The notes under the pieces were generated by a model that was not told where the DNA came from, ran no database searches, and saw only the letters and a list, made by a program, of their open reading frames with translations. From Mobula hypostoma (taxonomy: Eukaryota), in contig NC_086101.1 of the NCBI RefSeq assembly GCF_963921235.1, forward strand, positions 8,372,001 to 8,436,000: a stretch of DNA of 64,000 nt, read 5' to 3'. This document shows, one piece after another, positions 1-11,419 of the stretch. Made by a program: the position numbers and the translations under genes. Position 1 is the stretch's first letter; every line of letters starts with the position of its first letter.

Positions 1-2289
1 CTTGAAATGTTTAATTTTAGCTTGAAATTTATATCCTGGATTAAACTGTTATATCACTCCCCCGTAGCCTCGGTTCGTACTAACTCTTTAAACTCACCTT
101 TTTTTCCTCTCCTTCGTGGTACTCGACAAGGCTGTCCTCTTAGTCCCCTATTATTTGATATTGCATTAGAACCTCTTGCAATTGCTATTCGAGAATCTTC
201 AAATATTACTGGGATAACTCGGGGATTAAAGTCCCATAAATTATCACTCTATGCTGATGATTTACTTTTATATATTTCTAATCCTGAGAGATCTATTCCT
301 GGTGTTTTAGAGTTATTAGCACAATTTGGTCTTTTCTCAGGTTATAAATTAAATCTTAGTAAGAGTGAACTTTTTCCGATTAATAAACATCTTCCCTTAT
401 ATTATAAATTTCCATTTAAATTGATTAATAATTACCTTTCATATCTTGGGATTAAAATTACTTGTAAACATAAAGATTTATTTAAGACTAACTTTTTACC
501 ATTAATAGACCATATTACTCAACTTTCATCTAAATGGTTTCCCTTATATTTAACTTTGATTGGTCGTATTAATGCAGTTAAGATGTTTTTTTTGCCAAAA
601 TTTTTATATGTGTTTCAGGCATTACCAATTTTCGTTCCTAAATCTTTTTTTGATAAAGTCGACTCTAAAATTTCTTCATTTATTTGGCAGAATAAGAATC
701 CGAGACTGGGTAAAATACATTTACAGAAAGCTAAGAGAGATAGAGGTTTAGCATTACCTAACTTTAGATTTTATTATTGGGCTATTAATATTCGACATAT
801 GAAATTTTGGTTACTTGACCGGGATATACTATCTATTCCTAAATGGGTAGCATTGGAATTACAATCTGTTCAGGGTTATACACTTGGTTCTATTTTAGGT
901 TCATCTCTTCCTTTTGATTCGAAACGCCTTAAGCAGGTCTCTAACCCGATCGTTAAATATGCTTTGCGTATTTGGTTTCAATTCAGAAAATTTTTTGATC
1001 TTAATCAATTCGGGTTAGCGATTCCTATTTTAGGTAACATATTTTTTCCTCCCTCTTTTACGGATCGCGCTTTTCAAACTTGGAAGACTAAGGGTATTTT
1101 ACGGTTTTTGGATTTATTTTTAGATGGTTCCCTTATGTCTTTTGAACAATTATCTAATAAATATAACTTATCAAGAATACATTTTTTTAGATATTTACAA
1201 GTTAGAAATTTCCTAAGTACTATACTTTCTTCCTTTCCAATGCTTCCTCCTATATATATTTTAGATTCGATAATTAACCTTAATCCATGTCAGAAAGGTG
1301 CATTGGCTATGATTTATAATATTATTATGAAACTTAGGAAAGCTCCATTTGATAAGATTAGGGTAGATTGGGAACAGGAATTGGGGCTTACCATTTCTGT
1401 GGATGATTGGGGGCAGATTTTACAATTAGTTAATACTTCCTCTATTTGTGCTAAACATTCCCTAATTCAATTTAAAGTGGTGCATAGAGCACATATGTCC
1501 AAAGATAAGTTAGCGCGTTTTTACTCGCATATTAATCCTTTCTGTGATAGATGTTCGGGGCAGATAGCCTCTTTAACTCATATGTTTTGGTCTTGCCCTA
1601 CTTTGGAAACTTTTTGGAGAGATATTTTCAATATTATTTCTAAGGTATTAAATATAGATATCTCTCCTCACCCTATTACTGCTATCTTTGGACTACCTAA
1701 AATTTCTAGTAATCTTTCCCCTTCAGCCCGTAGAATGATTGCATTTCTTACTTTAATGGCGAAAAGATGTATTTTACAACATTGGAAAGAGCTTAATGCT
1801 CCAACTACCTTTTTTTGGTTTTCTCAGACGATTTTATGTTTGAATCTGGAGAAAATTAGAAGTAACCTTTATGATTCTTCATTTAAATTTGAACAGATTT
1901 GGGGACCTTTTATTCGATATTTTCATTTAATGTAATATTTACCCTTCTTGTTTTTTTTCACCGTTTTAATGGAGGTCGGGATTGAGGACGTGATTTTAAG
2001 TTTAACTCTGTTTGGTTTCAAGTTAGCCCATTGCTTTGCTTTGCTTTTAGTTAGTTGCACGGTGGGTTTTTTTTTGGGGGTTTTTTTTTCTTTTTTTCCA
2101 TTGATATATATAAAATCTAGTATACTATTATGTTATCTTGGTTTCTTATGCTTAAATTACATTGTTTGTAGTATTTTCTTTTTGGTATTGTTATCTTTTG
2201 GAATTTTATTATACTTTAACATTGTATTAATGTTTATATGGCTTACCTTTTTTGTATACTTACTCAATAAAAAGATTTAAAAAGAAAGA
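1..2289 (+). mobile_element. L1-clade LINE, 3' portion (ORF2 RT to C-terminus, 3' UTR, A-rich tail); 5' part lies outside the window
   Basis: ORF 7..1935 has RT motifs RGTRQGCPLSPLLF, LYADD and YLGI plus a C-terminal CCHC motif (CDRC...HMFWSC). A T-rich 3' UTR follows, with AATAAA at 2266-2271 and an A-rich end. Confidence 0.95.
7..1935 (+). CDS. L1 ORF2 reverse transcriptase, partial (open from window edge)
   Basis: 642 aa with no stop; non-LTR RT motifs and Cys-rich C-terminus. The true start is upstream of the window. Confidence 0.9.
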   Translation: MFNFSLKFISWIKLLYHSPVASVRTNSLNSPFFPLLRGTRQGCPLSPLLFDIALEPLAIAIRESSNITGITRGLKSHKLSLYADDLLLYISNPERSIPGVLELLAQFGLFSGYKLNLSKSELFPINKHLPLYYKFPFKLINNYLSYLGIKITCKHKDLFKTNFLPLIDHITQLSSKWFPLYLTLIGRINAVKMFFLPKFLYVFQALPIFVPKSFFDKVDSKISSFIWQNKNPRLGKIHLQKAKRDRGLALPNFRFYYWAINIRHMKFWLLDRDILSIPKWVALELQSVQGYTLGSILGSSLPFDSKRLKQVSNPIVKYALRIWFQFRKFFDLNQFGLAIPILGNIFFPPSFTDRAFQTWKTKGILRFLDLFLDGSLMSFEQLSNKYNLSRIHFFRYLQVRNFLSTILSSFPMLPPIYILDSIINLNPCQKGALAMIYNIIMKLRKAPFDKIRVDWEQELGLTISVDDWGQILQLVNTSSICAKHSLIQFKVVHRAHMSKDKLARFYSHINPFCDRCSGQIASLTHMFWSCPTLETFWRDIFNIISKVLNIDISPHPITAIFGLPKISSNLSPSARRMIAFLTLMAKRCILQHWKELNAPTTFFWFSQTILCLNLEKIRSNLYDSSFKFEQIWGPFIRYFHLM

Positions 2290-2615
2290 TATCTGGCAAT
2301 GGTACATCACGTGCAGTGGCTTGTCCTGCCGTGGCCTCTGGTCCATCGGCTGTGCTTCACCCATTTCCATTTCCTTATCCCCTGCCTGCTGTCTGAGATA
2401 TTCTCCTAGCAAGTCATCCATAGGGACCATCTTCCTGACATACTCATGGACGTTTCACATTTCTGCCAGGACTGTGGCATTGACACTTCCAAGTCCCCGT
2501 CTTCCTTCATTCTGGCGGGTGCATAGTCGCTCAACGTTGGACTTTGCTTGGAATCCTTCAAGTATTGTTAGTCATTTCTGTGTCTGCATGTCAGTGGCTT
2601 CCAGTTCGTTCCTTA

Positions 2616-3291
2616 AGGCTGATTTATACTTGTGCGTCAAATGTACGCTGAACCCTACACCGTAGCCTAGCGCGCACCTCTCTCAAAATGTAACTACGTG
2701 TCGCAGCGACGCAGACCGAAACAACTGTGATTGGTCCACTTGGTAGCATTGCATTTCCTCCTACGCTGCAATAGCTTCCCATTGGGTGACTGAAGGGCAG
2801 GGAAGGAACTCTGGCAGCAATACTTTCCGTAAAGCTTTACAGACCTCCAAAATTATGGAGGACCCCTGTGCTTGACACCAGTTTGTAGCTAGCTGCTACA
2901 GCCCGTTGACTTCCACCTGACGCTAAAACTCGAATGGTGCTTGCCAGTCTCTGACTATACTGTGCGTACACTGATGCAAAATAAATGGTTGGAGACGATG
3001 AACCAAATTGTCAAATCTACCTGCCAATATCCGAAAATATTTGAAATGCATTTCCTCGTCCATGTCTCTCAGTGGCCGAACAAGCACAAAAAATCCACCC
3101 TCCTTTAGTTTCAATCACCTTTGTTTGAGGTTTGAGTTTCAACACAAATAAACTCAACACAGTGGCATAGAAACCCCACCGCCAACTAGTGTTTTGGCGG
3201 TGTATTGCAGACACACCAACGCTAAAGTATAAATGCTCACAACAGTGTGGCCCACTTGCGTAGGCTAGTACACACAAGTAAAAATCAGCCT
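2616..3291. mobile_element. Non-autonomous PIF/Harbinger DNA transposon with transposase remnant
   Basis: TIRs AGGCTGATTTATACTTGTG / CACAAGTAAAAATCAGCCT and TTA TSD (2613-2615, 3292-3294). Internal minus ORF 2923..3114 ([32 protein letters not shown]) resembles a Harbinger transposase N-terminus. Confidence 0.85.
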
Positions 3292-3501
3292 TTAGCCAGC
3301 ACACTATTGCAGCTGGGTATCGATGACTGGTAGGGTGAATGTGTTGATGGCATTGATTTTGTTCTTCCCATTCAGCTGGGTTTTTAGGACCTGTCTCACT
3401 CTTTGGAGGTTCTTGAATGTTGCAGCCTTTCTTGCGTCCTCAGCATGGCTTCCATGCGCCTGCAGGAACCCAGGTAGCTGTCCTGTATGTTTAGTATAGG
3501 T

Positions 3502-4340
3502 CATAGAACATAGAACATAGAATAGTACAGCACAGTACAGGTCCTTCGGCCCACAATGTTGTGCCGACCCTCAAACCCTGCCTCCCATATAACCCCCCAC
3601 CTTAAATACCTCCATATACCTGTCTAGCAGTCTCTTAAATTTCACTAGTGTATCTGCCTCCACCACTGACTCAGGCAGTGCATTCCACGCACCGACCACT
3701 CTCTGAGTAAAAAACCTTCCTCTAATATGCCCCTTGGACTTCCCACCCCTTACCTTAAAGCCATGTCCTCTTGTATTGAGCAGTGGTGCCCTGGGGAAGG
3801 GGTGCTGGCTGTCCACTCTATCTATTCTTCTTAGTATCTTGTATTACTCTATCATGTCTCCTCTCATTCTCCTTCTCTCCAAAGAGTAAAGCCCGAGCTC
3901 CCTTAATCTCTGATCATAATGCATACTTTCTAAACCAGGCAGCATCCTGGTAAATCTCCTCTGTACCCTTTCCAATGCTTCCACATTCTTCCTATAGTGA
4001 GGTGACCAGAACTGGACACAATACTCCAAGTGTGGCCTAACCAGAGTTTTATAGAGCTGCATCAATACCTCGCGACTCTTAAACTCTATCCCTCCACTTA
4101 TGAAAGCTAACACCCCATAAGCTTTCTTAACTACCCTATCCACCTGTAAGTCAACTTTAAGGGATCTGTGGACATGCTCCTCCACACTACCAAGTATCCT
4201 GCTATTTACTTTTAACTCTGCCTTGGAGTTTGTCCTTCCAAAGTGTACCACCTCACACTTCTCCGGGTGAAACTCCATCTGCCACTTCTCAGCCCACTTC
4301 TGCATCCTATCAATGGCTCTCTGCAACCTTCGACAATCCG
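3502..4340 (-). mobile_element. 5'-truncated CR1 LINE
   Basis: ORFs 3844..4326 and 3571..3816 (LYKTLVRPHLEYCVQFWSP, FFTQRVVGAWNALP) and a (CATAGAA)n tail at 3502-3522. Confidence 0.95.
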
Positions 4341-5599
4341 TCAGGTAACTTGACTCCTTCAGTCTTGACGAGTTTGCCTCTTTTCACTACCATCCAGCTG
4401 CAGTCCAAATGACATCCGATGTCTCTGCTGTACACCCTTGTCAGGTGGATTGGTAAATCAATGTCTTTTTCATTTCTGGCATACAGCTTGATACATCCAG
4501 GTGGCTAATGGTCACTCCACTATTGAACCTGTACCAGTATCCACTCTTCGAGATGATCTACCTGAGGGGGTTCAAGCCTATGCAGAATAGCAGGGAAGTA
4601 GAGCATTACTCTGGTATATTCCACATCTGAAGGTCAGTTATGCTAATGGATTTGAGCTAACTTCTAGCATTATCCTTCAGTGGCCCATTGAGTTGTTGAT
4701 GAAGGTCCTTAGTGTGTTGTACGGAGACAGGCATTTCTGGATCCATGTGTGGGGCATTGAGTCATACGGCTTCTGGTAGTCGATCCAGGCTGTACTTGGG
4801 TTGGTTTGCCTGGTCTTAGGGTCACACATGACAGCTTTGTCCACCAGTAGTTGGAGCTTGGAGCTTCTGGTTCCATTTCCAATCGCCCTCTAACCAGGGC
4901 TCGGGAATTTACATATCCATTTATATATAGTTAGATAGATATGGTTGATACTCTCCAAGTGCCTACAACTGCTATTTTTCCTTAGGAAGATGTGGAAACT
5001 TCAGGTCCAGCCATTGATTCTCCACACATTTTATCAATATTAACCTACATTATGGTATGGGTCAGAGCAATGAGCATTCAACAACCTCAGCCCCACAGCA
5101 GAACTGTCAGAGTTAGAAGTAAAATAATTGGCCAGGAACAAGAATCACTCAGCAGCATCCGTCAGAGATGGACAATAAAGAAGGATCAACCAATAGTAGA
5201 GGACATCACACACTTCACACATATTATGCCCTCATGCTATCTGGATGCCACTGCAGGTTCTTGCCTATCAGCGTCAGAAGCTTCATCCAGTTTTGTGCCT
5301 TCCTCCATTTGCTTCCTCAACACCCAATTTTGAATATATGGTATGCATAGCATCTTTGACCGTAAACACAGTCAGTTATATTATGTGTACTTGCATTTTA
5401 AATTACATGCATTAATTTTTTAGTATTTATTGTGTATTGTATTTTATATAGTGTTTAACTGTATGTAGTGTGGTAATGTCTATCTGAAGTTCTGTGATAT
5501 TGTACTTACCACTGGTACAAAGTACCTCAAGGAAAAATTGAATTGATATAGATAAATATATCTGGTATCTCAGTCTCTTTCTGATTCTATCAATCTCTT

Positions 5600-5706
5600 T
5601 GGCTCTGTCTGTCTGTCTCTGTCTCTCTCTCTCTCTCACTCTCTCTCTCTTTCATCCCATCTCTCTATTCCCCCCTCTCTCACACATTTTCTCCCTCTAC
5701 CTCTCT
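5600..5706. repeat. (TC)n-rich microsatellite / low-complexity tract
   Basis: CTCTGTCTGTCTCTGTCTCTCTCT... seen directly. Confidence 0.85.
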
Positions 5707-6276
5707 AACAACCACACTTCTTTTAAGTCCTATCCATACCAGGGGAATAAGATTATACTTCTCAAAGTAAATTCCAATTCAGAATCAGATAAGGTTACCA
5801 TCACAAACACCAGGATGCAATAAAATTCCTTGTTCCCCTGTAGCTGATGGATAAAATATGATACTACTGTATATGTGGAAATAAATACAAACATAAGTAG
5901 GGCAAGGAGTCCAAAGACAGTGAAGTGGGGCGAAGTATAAATTGAGGTAGTGCAAAGAGAATTGTTGTGAAGGTGTCAATTACACAAGTTAGCAGTGCAG
6001 GTAAATGGGATTAGGTAGAATAGCTACAATAGGCTGAAGGGTCTGTTAATTTATGCTCTATGATGAAGCTAGTGTTGGACTCCTGTTAAAAGAAGGATAT
6101 AAGAACTTCTTCGAAATTTACATCTAAATGCATTGGCTGTAATGTAATCTTCTAGCAGACAGAATTCTGGAACAGATAGTTGCGTTTAAAAGTGAACACT
6201 ATCGGGGTTTATGTCTGATGGAGAAGAGACGTGAGAGAAGTGTCCAGAAAAGATGAGATCTTGACAGTCTTTAAAG

Positions 6277-9200
6277 ACACTGCGGATGGGGCAGTACTGA
6301 GGGAGCGTCACACTGCGGATGGGACAGCACTGGGGGAGTCTCACACCACGGATGGGACAGTACTGGGGGAGCGTCGCACTGCGGATGGGACAGTACTGAG
6401 GGAGTGTCACACTGCAAGTAGGGCAGCACTGAGGGAGCGTCACACTGCGGCTGGGGCAGCAGTGAGGGAGCATCACACTGCGGATGGGGCAGCACTGAGG
6501 GAGCATCACACTGCAGATGGGGCAGCAGTGAGGGAGCATCACACTGCAGGTAGGGCAGCAGTGAGGGAACATCACACTGCAGATGGGGCGGTGGTGAGGG
6601 AGCATCACACTGCAGATGGGGCAGCACTGAGGGAGCATCACACTGAGGATGGGGCAGCACTGAGGGAGCATCACACTGCGGATGGGGCAGCACTGAGGGA
6701 GCATCACACTGCTGATGGGGCGGTGGTGAGGGAGCATCACACTGCGGGATGGGGCAGCACTGAGGGAGCATCACACTGCGGGATGGGGCAGTACTGAGGG
6801 AGCATCACACTGCGGATGGGGCGGCGGTGAGGGAGCGTCACACAACGACGAGGAGATGAGGTGGCAATACTGAGGGAGGGGTGGTACTGACGGAGTGTCA
6901 CACTGTGGGAGGGGCAGCTCTGAGGGAGCGTCACACTGTAGTAGGGGCAGCTCCGAGGGAGCATCACGCTGTGAGAGGGGCAGTTCTGAGGGAGCGTCAC
7001 ACTCTGTGGGAGAGGTGACTCTGAGGGAGCGTCACACTGCGGATGGGGCAGTAATGAGGGAGTGTCACGCTGTGGGAGGGGCGGCTCTGAGGGAGCGTCG
7101 CGCTGCGGGAGGGGCGGTTCTGAGGGAGCATCACACTATGGGAGGGGCTCTTCTGAGGGAGCATCACACTGTGGTAGGGGTGGCTCTGAGGAAACGTCAC
7201 GCTGCGGGAAGGGCGGTTCTGGGGGAGCGTCACGCTGTGGGAGGGGCGGCTCTGAGGGAGCGTCATGCTGCGGGAAGGGCGGTTCTGGGGGAGCGTCACG
7301 CTGTAGGAGGGGCGGCTCTGAGGGAGCGTCATGCTGCGGGAAGGGTGGTTCTAACGGAGCATCACGCTGTGGTAGGGGTGGCTCTGAGGGAGCGTCACGC
7401 TGCGGGAAGGGCGGTTCTGAGGGAGCGTCACGCTGTGGGGGGGCAGCTCTGAGGGAGTGTCACGCTGTGGGGGGGCGGCTCTGAGGGAGCGTCACACTGC
7501 GGGAAGGGCGGTTCTGATGGAGCGTCACGCTGTGGGAGGGGCAGCTCTGAGGGAGCGTCACGCTGTGGTAGGGGCGGCTCTGAGGGAGCGTCATGCTGCA
7601 GAAAGGGCGGTTCTGATAGAGCGTCACACTGTGGGGGTGGTGGCTCTGAGGGAGCGTCACGCTGCGGATGTGGCAGTAATGAGGGAGCGTCGCGCTGCGG
7701 GAGGGGCGGTTCTGAGGGAGCGTCATGCTGTGGGAGGGGCTCTTCTGAGGGAGCGTCACGCTGTGGTAGGGGCGGCTCTGAGGAAACGTCACGCTGAGGG
7801 AGGGGTGGTTCTGAGGGAGCGTCACGCTGCAGGAAGGGTGGCTCTGAGGGAGCGTCACGCTGAGGGAGGGGCGGCTGAGGGAGCGTCACGCTGCGGGAAG
7901 GGCGGTTCTGATGGAGCGTCACGCTGCGGGAAGGGCGGCTCTGAGGGAGCGTCACACTGCGGATGGGGCAGTAATGAGGGAGCGTCACGCTGTGGGAGGG
8001 GTGGCTCTGAAGGAGCGTCACACTGCGGATGGGGCAGTAATGAGGGAGCGTCGTGCTGCGGGAGGGGCGGTTCTGAGGGAGCGTCACGCTGTGGGAGGGT
8101 CTCTTCTGAGGGAGCGTCACGCTGTGCAGGGGTGGCTCTGAAGGAGCGTCACACTGCGGATGGGGCAGTAATGAGGGAGTGTCGCGCTGCGGGAGGGGCG
8201 GTTCTGAGGGAGTGTCACGCTGTGGTAGGGGCGGCTCTGAGGAAACGTCACGCTGAGGGAGGGGCGGTTCTGAGGGAGCGTCACGCTGCGGGAGGGGCGG
8301 TTCTGAGGGAGCGTCACGCTGAGGGAGGGGCGGTTCTGAGGGAGCGTCACGCTGAGGGAGGGGCGGTTCTGAGGGAGCGTCACGCTGCGGGAAGGGCGGC
8401 TCTGAAGGAGCGTCACACTGCGGATGGGGCAGTAATGAGGGAGCGTCGTGCTGCGGGAGGGGCGGCTCTGAGGGAGCGTCACGCTGTGGTAGGGGCAGCT
8501 CCGAGGGAGCATCACGCTGTGAGAGGGGCAGTTCTGAGGGAGCGTCACACTGCGGATGGGGCAGTAATGAGGGAGTGTCACGCTGTGGGAGGGGCGGCTC
8601 TGAGGAAACGTCACGCTGAGGGAGGGGCGGTTCTGAGGGAGCGTCACGCTGCGGGAAGGGCGGCTCTGAGCGAGCGTCACGCTGCGGGAGGGGCGGTTCT
8701 GAGGGAGCGTCACGCTGAGGGAGGGGCGGTTCTGAGGGAGCGTCACGCTGTGGGAGGGTCTCTTCTGAGGAGCGTCACGCTGTGGGAGGGGTGGCTCTGA
8801 AGGAGCGTCACACTGCGGATGGGGCAGTAATGAGGGAGCGTCGCGCTGCGGGAGGGGCGGTTCTGAGGGAGTGTCACGCTGTGGTAGGGGCGGCTCTGAG
8901 GAAACGTCACGCTGAGGGAGGGGCGGCTCTGAGGGAGCGTCACACTGCGGGAAGGGCGGTTCTGAGGGAGCGTCACGCTGTGGGGGGGCAGCTCTGAGGG
9001 AGTGTCACGCTGTGGGAGGGGCGGCTCTGAGGGAGCGTCACACTGTGGTAGGGGCGGCTCTGAGGGAGCGTCATGCTGCGGAAAGGGCGGTTCTGATAGA
9101 GCGTCACACTGTGGGGGTGGTGGCTCTGAGGGAGCGTCACGCTGCGGATGGGGCAGTAATGAGGGAGCGTCGCGCTGCGGGAGGGGCGGTTCTGAGGGAG

Positions 9201-10115
9201 CGTCATGCTGTGGGAGGGGCTCTTCTGAGGGAGCGTCACGCTGTGGTAGGGGCGGCTCTGAGGAAACGTCACGCTGAGGGAGGGGTGGTTCTGAGGGAGC
9301 GTCACGCTGCAGGAAGGGCGGCTCTGAGGGAGCGTCACGCTGAGGGAGGGGCGGCTGAGGGAGCGTCACGCTGCGGGAAGGGCGGTTCTGATGGAGCGTC
9401 ACGCTGCGGGAAGGGCGGCTCTGAGGGAGCGTCACACTGCGGATGGGGCAGTAATGAGGGAGCGTCACGCTGTGGGAGGGGTGGCTCTGAAGGAGCGTCA
9501 CACTGCGGATGGGGCAGTAATGAGGGAGCGTCGTGCTGCGGGAGGGGCGGTTCTGAGGGAGCGTCACGCTGTGGGAGGGTCTCTTCTGAGGGAGCGTCAC
9601 GCTGTGGAGGGGTGGCTCTGAAGGAGCGTCACACTGCGGATGGGGCAGTAATGAGGGAGCGTCGCGCTGCGGGAGGGGCGGTTCTGAGGGAGTGTCACGC
9701 TGTGGTAGGGGCGGCTCTGAGGAAACGTCACGCTGAGGGAGGGGCGGTTCTGAGGGAGCGTCACGCTGCGGGAGGGGCGGTTCTGAGGGAGCGTCACGCT
9801 GAGGGAGGGGCGGTTCTGAGGGAGCGTCACGCTGCGGGAGGGGCGGTTCTGAGGGAGCGTCACGCTGTGGGAGGGGCGGCTCTGAGGGAGCGTCACACTG
9901 CGGGAGGGGCGGTTCTGAGGGAGCGTCACGCTGTGGGAGGGGCGGTTCTGAGGGAGCGTCACGCTGCGGGAGGGGCGGTTCTGAGGGAGCGTCACGCTGA
10001 GGGAGGGGCGGTTCTGAGGGAGCGTCACGCTGAGGGAGGGGCGGTTCTGAGGGAGCGTCACGCTGCGGGAAGGGCGGCTCTGAGGGAGCGTCACGCTGCG
10101 GGAAGGGCAGTACTG
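6277..10115. repeat. 33-bp tandem minisatellite array (~3.8 kb)
   Basis: Unit e.g. CTGAGGGAGCGTCACGCTGCGGGAGGGGCGGTT (33 nt), giving 11-aa periodicity in the ORF track (LRERHAAGGAV). Confidence 0.97.
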
Positions 10116-10930
10116 TGTGCGTTCTCTAACTAGGCTGGAGTTTTTACGGATGTCAATGCAGAACCAGAGACGGGGACCCGGAGAGCAGTTCACGCTTTGG
10201 TAGCGGACTGCAGCCGCTGCGACTGTTCAGCCAGGTTTGGGGAGTCTGCGCTCGGTCTGCGGCTTGCCAGTGCCCCTTCTGCAACTTTTAATGGGAGCTG
10301 GGGCGGATTTACGAGCTTTTTGACATCGATAGGCCCTCTCCCGCCTGGAGTGCTCGGCCCGACACGACTGGTTGAAGGGTTTTGCGGCGACACTATGGAC
10401 TGTGGGTCGCGGACGGAGGAGTGTTGGGGAGGCCCGGTGAAGGCTCAGCGCTGAAGTGTCCCGTTGCACAGGCTTTCCTGCCAGTCTGAATGAGACTCCT
10501 ATCCTTTCTCCCTTCTTGGAACTGCTTTCTGAATTAGTGGTGTGACCGAACCTAATACAGCGGTGGTTTTAATTCTGACTGTGTAGTGCTATAACATGGC
10601 GGGCAGCCAATCCAAAATGGCGGGGCCTCGTCCCTCCGTACGGGCTTCTGGTGGAGAAGCATCACCTTTCAGACAGTTAACCTCAAAAAAAAAATCGCCG
10701 TGCAAAGTGATTTCCCTTCGTATGTAGTGCAAAGAAGAAGCTAAAGGCTATGGCCGTGACTGTTGTTGGGAGGCTGGGCGATTGGTGAGATCCGAAAGAA
10801 GACCATCTTCGACCTACGGTCTGCTAGAGAGGTGACCCTGGCTCTGAACGGGGAGTAAAGGTGGAAGGGGTCTTCGTGCCGGTGAAGCCATTGTTTGGCC
10901 CTGTACAGAGTGTTATGAAAAGAAAGAAAA
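10116..10930 (+). mobile_element. Probable Tx1-clade 5' end: CpG-rich 5' UTR plus decayed ORF1 N-terminus
   Basis: From ATG 10596: MAGSQSKMAGPRPS...SPFRQLTSKK, then frameshifted KAMAVTVVG, KKTIFDLRSAREVTLALNG and VEGVFVPVKPLFGPVQSV. These resemble the Tx1 ORF1 pattern as I recall it (PFRLLT..., AMAEVVG, VFFL..AVSLAL, VGGTFLPVDPL). Confidence 0.6.
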
Positions 10931-10934
10931 AACG

Positions 10935-11345
10935 GGGCGATACTGAGGGAGAGAGGGCTGATACTGAGGGAAAGCCCCACCCTGGGAGGGACAGTACTGA
11001 GGGAGGGTCACAGCTTGGGAGGACAGTACTGAGGAAGGGTTACTCCTTAGGAGGGCTGTATTGAGGGAAGGTGACAGCTTGGGAATGGGGTACACAGGGA
11101 AAGTCACTCCTGGGGACTTGGGTACTGAGGGAGGGTCACACCTTGGGAGGGCTTTGTGAAGGGAAGGCCACGGCTTGGCAATGGGGTATAAAGGGAAGGT
11201 CACACTTTCAGAGGGGGGTACTGAGGGAGGGTCACCCCTTGGAAGATGGTAGTGAGGAAGGATCACTCCTTGGGAGCAGGGTTCTGATGGAGGTTTGTAC
11301 TGTGAAAGGGGTAGTACTGATGGACAGTCACTATTGCTGGAGAGC
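10935..11345. repeat. Degenerate units of the same 33-bp satellite
   Basis: Recurring GTACTGAGGGAGGGTCAC-like cores. Confidence 0.75.
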
Positions 11346-11419
11346 ACCTTGTTAAGTAAACAGGTTCTTGACAGCGTCCTTGTGCTTTGGGAGGGGGTTG
11401 TGTTAGGGGTGTTGTTATG

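Larger units (their letters stand above)
2290..4890 (-). mobile_element. Decayed R4/Dong-clade non-LTR retrotransposon (RT region), split by a Harbinger derivative and a CR1
   Basis: Minus-strand translation pieces: TAWIDYQKPYDSMPHTWI (~4740-4795), CGIYQ...LLFCIGLNP and ISHL..IKLYA (~4470-4630), RVRQVLKTQLNGKNKINAINTF (within ORF 3304..3504), RYPAAIVCWLRNELEATD rejoined across 2616-3291, and KSNVERL...EGRRGL (~2490-2550). Confidence 0.8.

Noticed and set aside
1948..2280. 110-aa hydrophobic ORF after L1 ORF2
   Set aside because: The T-rich L1 3' UTR yields Phe/Leu-rich frames by composition alone.
6277..10115. CRISPR-like array (33-bp periodicity)
   Set aside because: Units are contiguous with no unique spacers, there are no cas genes, and the context is eukaryotic.
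6186..10193. Many long overlapping ORFs (up to 447 aa) on both strands
   Set aside because: Artefacts of a 33-bp (11-codon) repeat lacking stops in several frames; the frames break at indel units.
10116..10700. Host CpG-island promoter (ATGGCGG YY1-like motifs, CCAAT) or structured RNA gene (telomerase RNA, 7SK, snRNA)
   Set aside because: No telomerase template or snRNA/7SK match seen. The ATGGCG motifs coincide with the start of a Tx1-ORF1-like remnant, so a retroelement 5' end is the simpler reading.
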